A DNA stretch of 64,000 nucleotides from Torpedo marmorata. Lineage: Eukaryota. Location of the stretch: the NCBI GenBank assembly GCA_977017645.1, contig OZ360229.1, positions 24,304,001 to 24,368,000 of the forward strand, in the 5' to 3' direction. Position 1 is the first letter of the stretch. The number at the start of each line of letters is the position of its first letter. The notes under the pieces are model-generated. The model was not told the DNA's origin. It ran no database searches and worked only from the letters and a program-made list of their open reading frames with translations. A program made the position numbers and the translations under genes. This document shows, one piece after another, positions 36,278 through 49,157 of this stretch.

Positions 36278-37050
36278 GGCGTTTTCACACCGCCGAGTTC
36301 ATGTGGGCAGACCGTCCGATTTCCTGGGAACTTACCTGTAAAATGTCCAGTCTGAAAAGGCCCAACCTGGCATGGCGGGTCAAAATCGACCGGGCTCCGA
36401 GACCTACTCAGGGGTACTCTCGGAGCCCGGCCGAGTTAACCCGGCAGCCGTCCTCTGGCGGTCTGAAAAAGCAAATGGCTCACCCAGTAATATTATTGAC
36501 ATCAGTGCGTGCGTGCTTGCGTCACATAAAAACCATAAAAATATAAATAAGAGATACAACAATATAAATGCTACTTTAACGATGCCAAAGGGACCTAAGC
36601 CACAATATTAAAAGTATTTTAAAATTGAAAAACTTGTAGCTTACCGAGATCAAAAAACAACGGGCCCGCTCACGGCGGCGGCAGCTCAATGCAGGATCAA
36701 TGGCCGTCTTCGTTACCCATAATCCCCCACGCAGATGGAAGCGCTCTGCGTTTCCCTGTCGCTGGCAAAGTGGCAGAGCCGTTCCAGCTGCGTGGGGGAT
36801 TATGGGTAACGAAGACGGCCATTGATCCCGCATTGAGCCGCCACCCTGAGCGGGCCCGTTGTTTTTTGAAACATTTCCTGTGAGTGCGTAACGCGTCACT
36901 CGCATCGTCATTGTTGGAGGCGGGACCGCCCTTAAATTGCCTGGTTGCTACTTCTCCAGGTAAGTTATGCTGCAGTCTGAAAGAACCCGGAGGTCCAGGC
37001 TTCGCTGGAACTTTTCCCGGGACACAAGATGTCGGCGGTCTGAAAACGCC
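36278..37050. mobile_element. PIF/Harbinger-like MITE with a long internal palindrome
   Basis: TIRs GGCGTTTTCACACCGCCGA / TCGGCGGTCTGAAAACGCC, repeated TCTGAAA subterminal motifs, and a hairpin at about 36650-36870. Confidence 0.75.
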
Positions 37051-37051
37051 T

Positions 37052-37812
37052 ATGGCTGATCTGATCAATGACCTAACTCCACCTACCTGCCCTTTCCCCA
37101 TATCCCCTAATTCCTTTTTCATGTAAAAATCTATCCAACTGAACTTTAAATATGTTCAATGAAGCAGCCACAACCACTTCCCTGGGTAGAGAACTCCACA
37201 AATTCACCACTCTTTGGGAAAAACTGTTTTTCCTCATCTCTGTCCTAAATCTACTCCCCCGAATCTTGAGGCTGTGTCCCCAAGTTTTGGTCTCACCCGC
37301 CAGTGAAAAAAACCTTCCTACCTCTATCCTATCCATCCCCTTCATAATTCTATATGTTTCTATAAGATCTCCTCTCATTCTTCTGAACTCAAGCGAGTAT
37401 AATCCCAGATGATTTAATCTTTCTTCATAGGTCAACGCCTTCATCTCAGGGATCAACCTAGTAAACCTCCTCTGGACTGCCTTCAAGGCCAGTATATCCT
37501 TCCTCAAATACGGAGACCAGAACTGCACACAGTACTCCAGGTGCGGTCTCACCAGTACCTTGTACAGTTGCAACATTACCTCCTTGCTCCTGAATTCAAT
37601 TCCTCCAGCGATGAACGCCAACATTCCATTTGCCTTCTTAATAACCTGCTGCACCTGCAACCCAACTTTTTGCGATTCGTGCACAAGCACTCCCAAGTCC
37701 TTCTGCACAACAGCATGCTGCAGTTTTTCACCATTTAAATAATACTCTGCTCTTTTATTTTTCTTGCCAAAGTGGATAACCTCGCACTTACTAACATTGT
37801 ACTCCATCTCCA
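37052..37812 (-). mobile_element. CR1-like LINE ORF2 3' fragment
   Basis: KCEVIHFGKKN, LYKVLVRPHLEYCVQFWSPY and LGLYSLEFRRMRGDLIE. Confidence 0.9.
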
Positions 37813-37877
37813 TCGCCAATATTGTCTCCTTGTTGAAATCCCTCAGCCCCCTTTTCACCATATCCTATAACACAAAT

Positions 37878-38310
37878 CCATCTGGGCACTCTCCATCCCG
37901 ATGGCATTAACATCGACTTCTCCGGTTTCTGCTAACCTGTTCTCCTTTCCCCCTCCCTTCCCTTCCCCCTGTCTTCTTTCCCTCAGCTCTCCACCCCCTT
38001 CCCTCTCTATTCCCCCAGCCATCCATCCTCCCCCTGCTTGCTGCTGTGCCCTCCCTCCCTTCTCCACCTATTACCTCATGCCTTTGCGACCATGCTCCTC
38101 CCCCCACTCCTCCCCCCCCCACCCCACCTTGCCTTTTTATTCGGGCACCTGCTGACATTTTTCCATACCTTGATGAAGGGCTCAAGCCCGAAACGTCGGT
38201 TATGTATCTTTATCTTTGCTATGTAAAGGACACCGTTTGACCTGCTGAGATTCTCCAGCGTTGTGCTTTTACTTCAACCACAGAGTCTACAGACTTTCAT
38301 GTTTTACTTC
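37878..38310 (+). repeat. Penelope-like 3' end and tail
   Basis: LGTLHPDGINIDFSGF end, a CT-rich tract and a hammerhead-like core at 38164-38204. Confidence 0.75.
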
Positions 38311-38574
38311 TAGCACAAATATGTTGCTTTCTCTTGGTTTCATTAGCATCATTCAGTCCGATTACCTTCGTGATCGCCACAGTCTTAAAGGTGTGTGCCA
38401 TTCTCATCTCTAGGATACAAAGTTGTGCATTTATGAGGTGTTTCACAAAATTGTGACTGCCATGACCAATTGATTTTTGAAGGGTCACAGAAGAGAGAGG
38501 GAGGTAGTATTTCCAGGTGAGGCCCCATCTGCCCTCAAGCAGATGTAACATTTCCACAACACTTTGAAAAGAAG

Positions 38575-39045
38575 ATTGGGGTTAAACGAGAATGTCTGTA
38601 AATGTTGGGGTTGAGTGCAATACACAAAAGTGCTGGAGAAACTCTGCTCATACAACATCCATAGGAAGTAAAGGGTGACCACTGTTTTGGGCCTGGGCCC
38701 TCTCTCCCTATCCCTCTGTCTCCTTTCGCCAGCTCCCCACCTCCTTCACTTGCCTCTCCTATCAAAGAGCCACCCTCTTCCCTATCACTTCTCAGCTAGT
38801 TTCTCTTCTACCCGCCCGCTTGTATTCACCTATGACCTCTCACCTGATGACCTGTGCTCCTCTTCCTGTCCCTTCCTCCCTCCTCTCTTCCTCCTCCCCC
38901 TCCCCCCGCACCTTTTTATTCAGACGCCTGCCTGTTTTTGCTTATTACCTGATGAAGGCCCCAGGCCCGAAACGTTGGTTACCTTTTACTTCCCCTGGAT
39001 GCAGCGTTATCTGCTGAGTATCTCCAGCATGTTTGTGCATTGCAC
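38575..39045. repeat. Inverted pair of Penelope-like tails
   Basis: 38614-38700 is reverse-complementary to 38958-39045. Confidence 0.65.
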
Positions 39046-39756
39046 TTTCAAAGAAGAATTTTGTTCGTGCAACATTGCTGTGCACAAATTAACTGCCATG
39101 TTTCCTACACAATTGCAGTAGTAATCCTATAAAGATACCTTAATACCTGGAGAACATTTGGGACTTGCATTTGTATCCTAGCCCCAAAGGTTTATTGGAG
39201 TTTTGCAATGTGCTGTAGAAATGCCTTTCCACCTTCCTACTTTCTTATTCTGCCACTTCATCCTCTGTCTTTCCTTTTTGACCCACAGTCGCTTGGACAT
39301 CAGAGTTTAGTTGTCCTGCCTGCTGTTTTACCTGTAGTGCTTTGCTGAACATTCACTCTCCTGTGTGTGAATTTAGAAAAAAAATAAGTCTCAAGAAGAA
39401 CAGCGTAGATGGGGAGTTTGGGTTCCAAGCCTTTCAAACAGGCAGATGAACTGTGAGATATTCTGACACATTTTACAAATTGAAATAGCTGAGGTTGCCA
39501 ATCACAACACCTGATTGTTTTTTTTTTTGTTTTGTTTTGTACATCAATGATTGAGAACGTTTCTTTGATTCTATGAATTTCTACCTCTTGATATCTCTGC
39601 GACAGATGTTTTGTGACAGAAGATCTGTGTTGTTTTCTGGATGAGATGAGTTGAAGGTTTCAGCCATTCTTTGACTGCTGAATAATGTTTCGTAAAGAAA
39701 TTCTGTGAGTAGAATAAGACTGAGAGAGAATGTGATCTCCTGACTTTGCTCATAAA

Positions 39757-40005
39757 GTCAAGTTTATTGTCATCTGATTGTATAAGTACAACCTGACGAA
39801 ACAGTGTTCTCCGGTCCTCGGTGCAAAACACGCAGACACACAACCAGAAATAACACACATACAGACAAGCAATACACATGCAGGACAAGTATTTCATCTA
39901 TACAAATAAATAAATAAACATTGCTTCATGAATATGAGAGTCTCGGATGGTTAGTGTGAGTAGTTCCTTTAGTCGTTCAGCATTCTCACTGCCCGTGGGA
40001 AGAAG
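39757..40005 (-). repeat. LINE 3' tail (Rex/RTE-like)
   Basis: Same family as 20705-20945. Confidence 0.6.
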
Positions 40006-42009
40006 GTGCAGATGAAGGTACACTGTAGAATATCATTCTGCTGAATTCCAGGCAGTTTGCCTTCGCTATTTCTGCAGAAGCCACATGTATGGCGTTAGTG
40101 CAAGAAGATGGTGCTGAGGTGGAAGAGCAGACCTGTTCTTATTGAATAGGGGGATGTTGTCCTGAATCAACCATTCACTCCTCCCATCAGTCGCCTTGGT
40201 TTAAGTACCTTGCAATGTGGCCTTGTGGGGTTTTGTTCGATTTGGCACAAGTGCAACATCCATGGGGAAGGGACTTCAGTGAGAAATGTTCCGTTGTTCG
40301 AGATCTGGCGAAAATGACACCTTCCAGGCCTAAATGCAGTTTCAGTCTTGATGCATTAAAGCCTGTACTGCTTCATTTGAAAGGAACAGATGGAGAAGAT
40401 GGGTTTCAGTGAGGCTATTTTCCATAAACGGGAGAGTGACTTGGAATGAAAGCCAAGCCATTCCGGAGGTTAGTTTGGGAACAGTTTCTCAAGTAGAGGG
40501 TGTTAGGATTGTGAGATCAGTTTTCACAAAAAGCAGTTAAATATTAACTATTAATATCAAATACGAGTGACTGGCAAGCAAATAAAATGATGCGGAGTCA
40601 CTGCAGGTGGATGAGGTTGAGAGACAGGTTAGCCATGTCATTAAACAGCCAGGCAGACACAATGTATAGAGTGGCCTGCTTCTGCTGTGCATATTCCCTT
40701 GATGCCATTTACCATAATATTTTAGTCCTTGAACACTGCAGGGAGGCATTTAATTGCAACTAATATCATTTACAAAACCTGATTCGGTGACCTCTGGTAT
40801 GTTATTTCACTTTCATTAAGCTCTGTCTTTTTAGTGGGAAGCTTTTTCAGTGCTCTCTGTGGGTCCATTACAGGCATGGGTTTGAGGCCCACCTGTTTCT
40901 GGAACGAAATGCATTTTTTTATAGCGGGTCCTCTCCACGATCTACTTTGCTGACAGCGCAAAATAAAATTGCAGTTCGATGGGTGGGACAGATGCAAGCT
41001 CCTGTTGCCATTTTATCTGGGCAGAGATGGTTAAAATGAGGCTCCGTCGTACGCTGAACCTGCTCAGTGTTAACAGAGCACCGGATGACATGAAGCAGAG
41101 CCAGCTGCTGAGTCTCATTAACACTCAGAGGCTGCTTTCTGCATCCTCCCTCCACTCCCCCCCCCCGACAGAAATCACGTCAAACCGGATGGCTCCTCAT
41201 TAGCTCTCCCTAGTCAGAGCTACAAATTAATTTCCTCAGCTGCTTCCAGTGCCTGGGTAATGATGCCACAGACACACACTTAAAGCAAGAAATTAGCATG
41301 TTTGGTTTAATCAGCAGCAGGATTTTGTCGAGAATCTGCGTGCTATCTTTTTAGAAAATGGCATTCAGCCAGAGTCAAAATATAAGGCAGAAAAGAAATC
41401 GGAGATGTCTAAAAATCCCTGTAATTATTGACCTTGATGAGAAACCTCATTTTATTTTTAATTAGTGCTTCAAGGGAAGGGAAGAAAAAAAATCATTATC
41501 CTTAATGTACAGAACATTGCAGAAGCTTACTTTTCTCTTTAATTAATCTATTTCCCTATCGAACCCATGCAAATCTGACTCGAGAACAGTTTCGGGGGGA
41601 GTCTGTTTTCTTTCTTGCACCTCACTCATTGCAAGCAGTCTTGACCCACAGTGCCAGTGTGGACAACTCACCAGCATTGCCCTGGAGACTTTAGAAATTG
41701 AAAATTAATATTTAGGACAATGCAGCAAGAATAAAATGCAGGATTGTTATGTGGACATTTAGCAAAATAATTGCTCAATTCATTTTTAAGTCTTTATTTT
41801 GTATCAAAATACAAGGTATGGAGAGTTAAACAAAGTCTGCAAACGCTGGGTTGAGTGCAATACACACAAGTGCTGGAGAAATTCAGCACGCCAGCATTTA
41901 AAGGTATGGGGAAAATGGTCTGTTCGGTTGCCAGTAAAGACTTACCATTTGCCTTTCCAATCAGTTCTGGCATGGCAAACACTCGGGTGGACAGTGTAGT
42001 TGACCAGTG

Positions 42010-42460
42010 CTGGGGAGTGTAATGAAAGGATGGTGACCATGGCAGCGAGGGGCTCAGCCGGCTGAGGGACCCACACACGCTGCGGGCGACTTGAGGTTGG
42101 GGGACCCGCACTGTCTGCGGGTGCTGGAGCCTGGCATATGGCAACCAGGTATTGGAGCCGGGATGCGAGAGGGTGCTGAGGTCAAGAAGGGCTCCCGAAG
42201 GGCCTCTGGCCTTGAAGGCTTTCTGATCATGTCGGAGGTTTGGATCTGGAGCTTGGGTTGCCGATGGATCGAACAGGAGTCAGTGCGGCTGCGGAATGCT
42301 GGAGGCGAATCCACGGACACTCAATGACTCTGAAGGAACTCTCTTTTGTTTCTCTTTCTATTACTAGAAGGGGTGCCTTATGGCAGGCTAAAGGTAGTTT
42401 CGTGTAATATTACATGTTCTCTACTATTACATGACAATAAAGGAATCTTGAATCTTGAAA
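42010..42460 (+). mobile_element. SINE-like GC-rich element with an (AATCTTG)n tail
   Basis: GC-rich body ending CATGACAATAAAGGAATCTTGAATCTTGAA. Confidence 0.45.
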
Positions 42461-44235
42461 TCAAAGAAATAAAACTGTTTGAAATACTCAGCTGGTCAGG
42501 CCATGCTTGTGGGAAAAGAAAGAGTTAATGTTTCCAAACCCTTGTCAGAACTCAAAAGGACTGTTGGAAAATAAACTTCTCAAGGTGTGGAGGGGTGGGG
42601 GTGGGGGGGGGGGGGAAATGTCTCGAACAGTGTGACAAGGAGGATAAGTTATAAACAGAGTAATCTGGTTAATGAGTGAATGGGAGCAGCCAGAGAGTGA
42701 GAACATAGAAGGACATGGACAGAAGAATGTTGGGCCTTGTGGAGTCTCAGAGGGCCTTCAGCTGACAGGTATGGCCTGTCCTACTGAGAATATGAGTTTT
42801 AAAATGTTGAGAGAGAGAGAGAGAGACTAACCGCATTCATTCTCTTATAATTCAACAAGACTAGGGCTGATTATGAACACTTAATTTGGCAAAGACCGTA
42901 AAAGACGATTAACCATTGGGTAAGGGACACGACCCTGGTTAATGAATCCCAAGAGAATTCTAAGAAACATGGATTTGTTTGGTGAAAGTTTGCTGGAATG
43001 TTCTGGAAAACTGGAAGTTTGTGTAAATATGTAACTTGTATGCCACGAGGCAAACTCTCTTGGGGTGAGACTCGCTGCTTGTGGCAGTGCTTCTTGCTTT
43101 AACGGAGTTCTTGCACTTTGCAAAGTAATTTAAAAAAATTTGCAGCTGTATTCGTGTTTGGTTATCAAGCAACCTCGTGTCCACTTTAACACCACCACAA
43201 GTGATTTGTTGGGCTTATCGTTCTGGAATATCAGAGAGATTTCAGAAGGCCATTCCAAAAATTCTGAAGGGTCTTGACCAGGATATGGAAAAGATGTTTC
43301 TCGTTGTGGGAGAATCTTGAATTAAGGGGTTGAGGCAAAGATGCAACATTTTTTTTCTCTCTGACAATCATGAGTCTTGGAAGTTTCTTCCCTAAGGGTA
43401 GAGAAATTGGAGCTCAGGAATATTTTTATAGGCAGAAGTAGGCCGATATTTGAAGTGTAAGGGAGTGAATGGTTGCCTCAGAGTGGAATGCAAAGTTGAA
43501 GTTGGAGCAACCATAATATTATTGAATGGAGGGGTGGACGAGATGGTCCGGGTGGCCTCTTCCTATTCTGCAAGCCAGATTTGACAGATAGAAGATTCGT
43601 GGCTGAGGTGATAACATGATTCCAACTGTGGGAGTGCAGAGTGCCAAGTGAAGTCAGTCTTGTCTGTTGTCTATGCACGGATATTCCCTACTAGGCTTCA
43701 CCGAATAACACTCAGGAGTGAGGAAATCTGGGGTGGGGTTTCATGGTGTGGGGAGAGGGAGATTCATTCACAATTTGGCGATAATATTTCTGCCTGGCTG
43801 AGAGAACCTAACACAGCTTAAAATACAGACTAATTTGGTAGCAATTTGAAGGGAAAAGTAAAACCTCAGGGGGGGTTGAGCAAATTTTAAAAATATTTTT
43901 GTTTAAAAAAACAGTTTAAATAAATTAAAGGAAACAGCTGCTTTTAGAAGTTTATTAAGAATGGAATTGCAATCGGCAGGTCGTGCTAGGCCTGAACTAT
44001 CTATGTACATAATGTAATTAAAGGAGCATCCTGTGTGTAATGTGGCTGCTCAGCCATCTGTGTGCATCCATAGACCAGCTTCCTTCCTTGCCTCTGTTGA
44101 AAAAAGAATGCATCTCTTGAATCCCCTCCCTATTTTCCTTCCTTGCCGTCCAGGACAGCAGAGATGTCGTGCAGTGAGTTCTTCAACTTGGCAATTAAAC
44201 CAGCACTTCCATGAAAAACAGAACTCCATGGTTAT

Positions 44236-44590
44236 TTAGAACATAGAACACTACAGCACAGTACGGGCCCTTCGGCCCTCGATGTTGTGCCGACCTGCAT
44301 ATTCCTACCAAAATAAAAAAAACGAAACCCTTCCTATCTTGTAACCCTCTATTTTCCGTTCATCCATGTGCCTGTCTAATAGTCTCTTAAATAGCCCCTC
44401 ATGTTCCAGCCTCCACCACCACCCCTGGCAATGCATTCCAGGCACCCACAGCTCTCTGTGTAAAAAAACTTACTGCTGATGTCTCCCATAAACTTTCCTC
44501 CCTTCACTTTGTACAGATGTCCTCTGGTGTTTGTTAATCCCGCCTTGGGAAAAAGGGGCTGGCTGTCTTGTCTATGTCTCTCAGAATCTC
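44236..44590 (-). mobile_element. CR1-like LINE 3' end
   Basis: (TAGAACA)n tail with the CTACAGCACAGTACGGGCCCTTCGGCCC stem-loop. Confidence 0.7.
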
Positions 44591-45319
44591 TATCTACTGC
44601 CTAAAGTTTGAGAAGATAACCAAATGTTTACGAAACAAGACTCATGTATTCTTGGTGAAAATATCTTAATTTTATCGCAAGGGTTTGCAGATTGGTCATG
44701 GCTTGCATTCAGCAGCATTGGTTCAGGGATGCACTGACTAGATGCTTACAGCCCTGATCTGTCCTGCCTATTTCCATCTCATAAGGGTTTATGGCCATGA
44801 TATCTTTCGTTGCTAATGTTCATCCCACAGCCTCATTCAAACAACCCTTCCTTCCATAATTTTTGGACCAGGGAGCAATGGTGTCTTTCACTACCCACAA
44901 TCCTCCACATACCAGAAACTGCTCAGCAACAACAGCTGAACAGCTAATTTTGTGCATTCAATGAGGAATGTGGAGTGAGAGTGGTTGGGAGCTGGAAGGC
45001 AGGGGCAAAAGGAAAGTTGGCATCATCTCTTGTTTGCATGTTTGATTTTTGAGTCAGATGGTTGTGGGTTTAATTTCCATGCGAGGGGCTTGAGCACAAC
45101 TTTCAAGTCAGCAGTTTGGATAAGGAAGTCACTACAAACAACAATGAAGTAACTGACCTGAAAAGTATTTACTAGAGGGCAGAAGAATGAAGCGAGGCAA
45201 GCTGGATTTTGAGAGACTCTTTCTTCCAGCAGAGGAATTCAGATCCAGTGGCTATCGTTAAGGTGAGGGTCAACCATCTTGGTCTGAAGTCAGAAGAAAT
45301 TGCTGTGTGCACAGTATTT

Positions 45320-45556
45320 TTTTGGCATACAGCACGGTTACAGGCCCTTCCGGCCTATGAGCCTGCGCCGCCCAATTACACCCAATTGATCTGCAACCCT
45401 TGTACGTTTTGAAGAGTGGGAAGAAACTGGAGCACCTGAAGGAAACCTACATGGGAAGAATGTACAGACTCCTTATAGACAGTGCCAGACAGTGCCAGAT
45501 TCGAGTGGTAGTGCTGTAACAGCGTTGCACTACTCGCTACGCGAACCGTGCCACCC
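45320..45556 (-). mobile_element. V-SINE-like SINE
   Basis: Reverse complement of the SINE head, core and tail. Confidence 0.75.
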
Positions 45557-46727
45557 ACAATGTGTTGCAAGTCTATGGAATTTTCAACCTGAGGGACCCA
45601 TGTTCAGACACTGAGTAAAATGTACATTTAGATTGATCATCTTTCAGTTATGAAGTAGACCAGAGGGTATGGGAATCAGGAGGAAAAATAAATGAGGCAC
45701 TGAATCTTCTCTGGTCTGTGGTGCCTGTCTCTTATGTTATTTCTTTTTATTTTGGTGTTGGTAGCACTGTGTTAAACTGAGGTGCTTTCTCAATAGAAAT
45801 TAGGGTAAAAAAAATCCCACAGTGTTACACAAAAAAAATAAAGGTGTATTCTTGCTAACATTTCACTCGATCATTATCCTTCACCAAATCTCATCTGGTC
45901 CGAAAGTCCTTTCAGAATCTAGTTTGCCTCAATCATTCTTTTAAACTCCAGTGTCTCGTCCTTTAACACACAGAGCTTGTAACTTATCCAAAATGATCAT
46001 TGTCTTTCCGATATCACAACAGTAGCAACACTTTAAAAGGCAGTTTGTGGCTGTGAAGCCCAGATAACCATTGTCTGAATTTTGGCACATCCTATTGGTT
46101 GAGAAGTCACTTCAGCAGAGAACTGGGATGAGATTAGAGGTCCTTGATGAAATCACTGCTCTCTAATCCTCCCCAGATGGAATTCTAGGCCTTGTGGGTT
46201 ATGGTTGAAATTTCACACAGTGTGACGAGCAGATTGTTACTTACAGAAAGTTAATAAGATTGTCAGGCCAGGACTGTCTTCGAACACAGTCACCTTGTAA
46301 TTCAGCAAACCCTGCTTGCTTTACTGAGTCCAAAATGACTTTCATTTCCTCATCAAAACAAGAGTACAGAAACCCCAAGATCAAAGGTCACCTCGGTGTC
46401 AGTTGTTGCTGCTATTAAATATAAAATGTCTGACAGCTTGATTGTGTTTTGAAATTTCCTCAGTGATAACACCAAAAGACTTGTCAGCCAAGATGCCAGT
46501 GTTGTTCCGTCAGCTGACAGATCGCGGTGGGATAACACTGGTCTTCCGCACGTATTTTATTTGATTTTAAATTAAGTAAAGCTCTCTTATTTTGATGGCC
46601 ACAGGGGAGGGTCGGCCTGTGATGAAGATAGAGGATAGAAAGTAATTTTGATTCTATGATGAAGTCCTAACCTCCTATCCCCCAGTGGCCAACAGCTCCA
46701 CATCCTCCACTTCGCAAAGTGTAAGGT

Positions 46728-48727
46728 CAGAATCAGAATTTATTGTCATGAACATCAAGTCCAGTCAAGTCAAGTCACCTTTATTTGTCGTTCATTACCA
46801 TATACACAGTAAGACGAGATAGCGTTTCTCCAGGACCATGAGCAAATGTACATAAATATCATAATACAATAGAAAAACTATAACATGCTAATACACATAT
46901 ATATCTAAAAATTGAGGAGCCTGATGGCTTGGGGGGAAAAACTGTTGCACAATCTGGACGTATGAGCCCGAATGCTTCGGTACCTCCTTCCAGATGGCAA
47001 AAGGGAAAAAAGTTTACCAAAGGGGTGTGAGAAGTCCTTCACAATGTTATTAGCCTTCCTCATGCATTGTGTGTTGTAGATGTCCGTCATGGTGGGAAGA
47101 GAGACACCAATATTTTTTCCGCTGACCCCACTATCCTCTGCAGGGTCTTTCGGTCCGAAATGGTACAGTTTCCAAACCAAGCGGTGATGCAATTTCTCAG
47201 AATACTCTCAATACATCCCCTGTAGAATGTAGTAAGGATAGAGGGTGGAAGATGAACTTTCCTCAGCCTTCGCAGGAAGTAAAAGCGCTGCTGGGCTTTC
47301 TTGGCTATGGAACTGGTGTTGAGGGACCAGGTGAGATTCTCCGCCAAGTGCACTCCAAGAAACTTGGTACTCTTTACGACCTCAATGGTAGAGCCGTCCA
47401 TGGTCAATGGAGAATGATCCCCCCAGGCCCTCCTGAAGTCGACAACCAACTCTTTTGTTTTATTTACATTCAGATGCAGGTTGTTGGCTCCGCACCATTC
47501 CATTAGCGACTGCACCTCATCTCTGTATGCTCACTCATCGTTCTTGCTGATAAGGCCCACCACGGTTGTATCATCAGCAAACTTTATGATGTGATTCGAG
47601 CTGTGTTTTGCTGCACAGTCATGAGTCAGCAGAGTGAACAGCAATGGACTAAGCACACAGCCTTGGGGAGCCCCCGTGCTCAATGTAATGACCTTAGAAG
47701 TGCTGTTTCCAATCCGGACTGCCTGAGGTCTTCCCGTCAGGAAGTCTAGAATCCAATTACAGAGGATGTTATTTAGGCCCAGGCCGCTCAACCTCCCTAT
47801 CAGGTACTGAGGTATGATCGTGTTGAATGCTGAGCTGAAATCAATAAACAGCATTCGAACATACGCGTCCTTATTTTCCAGGTGGGTGAGGGCTAGATGG
47901 AGGGTGGTAATGATGGCATCATCTGTGGAGCGGTTTGATCTATATGCGAACTGCAGGGGGTCCAGTGAGGGGGGCAGCAGAAGCTTGATGTGCCCCATGA
48001 CGAGCCTCTCGAAGCACTTCATGACAGTAGATGTGAGTGCGACAGGGCGGTAGTCATTGAGGCAGGACACCATCGACTTCTTCGGCACGGAGACGATGGA
48101 AGCGGCTTTGAAGCACGTTGGAACCAAGGCACTGCTCAGGGAGATGTTAAAGATGTCGGTGAGAACATCTGCCAGCTGGGCCGCACATCCCCTGAGCACT
48201 CTGTCGGGAATGTTATCTGGACCAGCAGCTTTCCGTGGGTTAACCTTGCTTAACACTCTCCTCACGTCGGCCACTGTAAAACATGTCACAAAATTAGTTG
48301 TTTTGCAGCAGCACTACAGTACAAATATTGCTATAAATTACATTTAAAAATAAATAAATAGTGCAAGAAAATGGGAGAAAGTGAGGTAGTGTCTGTGGTT
48401 CATTGTTCATTCAGAAATCTGATGCCAGAGGGGAAGGAGCTGTCCTTGTGCCACTGAGTGCTCGTCTTCAGGCTCCTGTACCATATTCCTGATGGTAGCA
48501 GAGTGAAGAGGGCATGGCCTGGGTGGTGGGGGTCCTTGAGGATAGAGGCTGCTTTCTAAAGGCACCACCTCTTGTAAATGTCATTGATGGAGTGAAGTCT
48601 GGTGCCTGTGATGTCACTGGCTGAGTTAACAACTCTTTGGAGTTTTTTCCTGTCCTGTGCATTGGCACCCCCATACCAAATAGTAATGCAACCAGTCAGA
48701 ATGCTCTCCACAGTACATCTGGAGAAA
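46728..48727 (-). mobile_element. Outer Rex1/Babar-like 3' fragment (46728-46755 plus 48281-48727)
   Basis: TCAGAATCAGAATTTATTGTCATGAACAT resumes at AACATGTCACAAAATT..., matching the uninterrupted copies at 14858 and 32352. Confidence 0.75.
46756..48280 (-). mobile_element. Rex1/Babar-like LINE (RT, 5'-truncated) nested in the tail of another Rex-like element
   Basis: [46 protein letters not shown] and [17 protein letters not shown] is duplicated at 46751-46755 and 48281-48285. Confidence 0.88.
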
Positions 48728-48849
48728 TCTGCTCTCTTTGTCATCCAGCTTGCGGTGGGGAGTGGAATTTAATGGTTACATGCAGAAATGTGGCACAGTC
48801 TCCCTCCTCCCCTGTACAGCCTGCTGTACACTTCCTGTTTTTTTACACC

Positions 48850-49122
48850 CACCCAGCCACCCCTCCTCCCCCTCTGCTGCTGTCCCCTCCCTCCTTTCTC
48901 CACCTATCATCTCCTGCCTTTGCCACCCCCCCCTTCCCCCCTCACTCTTTTGTTCGTATGCCTGCCGGCATTTTCTCATACTTTGATGAAGGGCTCAAGC
49001 CCGAAACGTCGGTTATGTATTTCTACCTTTGCTACATAAAAGACACTGTTTGACCTGCTGAGTTTCTCCAGCATTTGTGTTTTTTTACTTCAACCACGGT
49101 GTCTACATATTTTCGTGTTTTA
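48850..49122 (+). repeat. Penelope-like tail
   Basis: Near-identical to 1845-2000 and 38020-38310. Confidence 0.7.
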
Positions 49123-49157
49123 CACTTCCTGTCTTCTCCATTATTCACAATTGCTAT

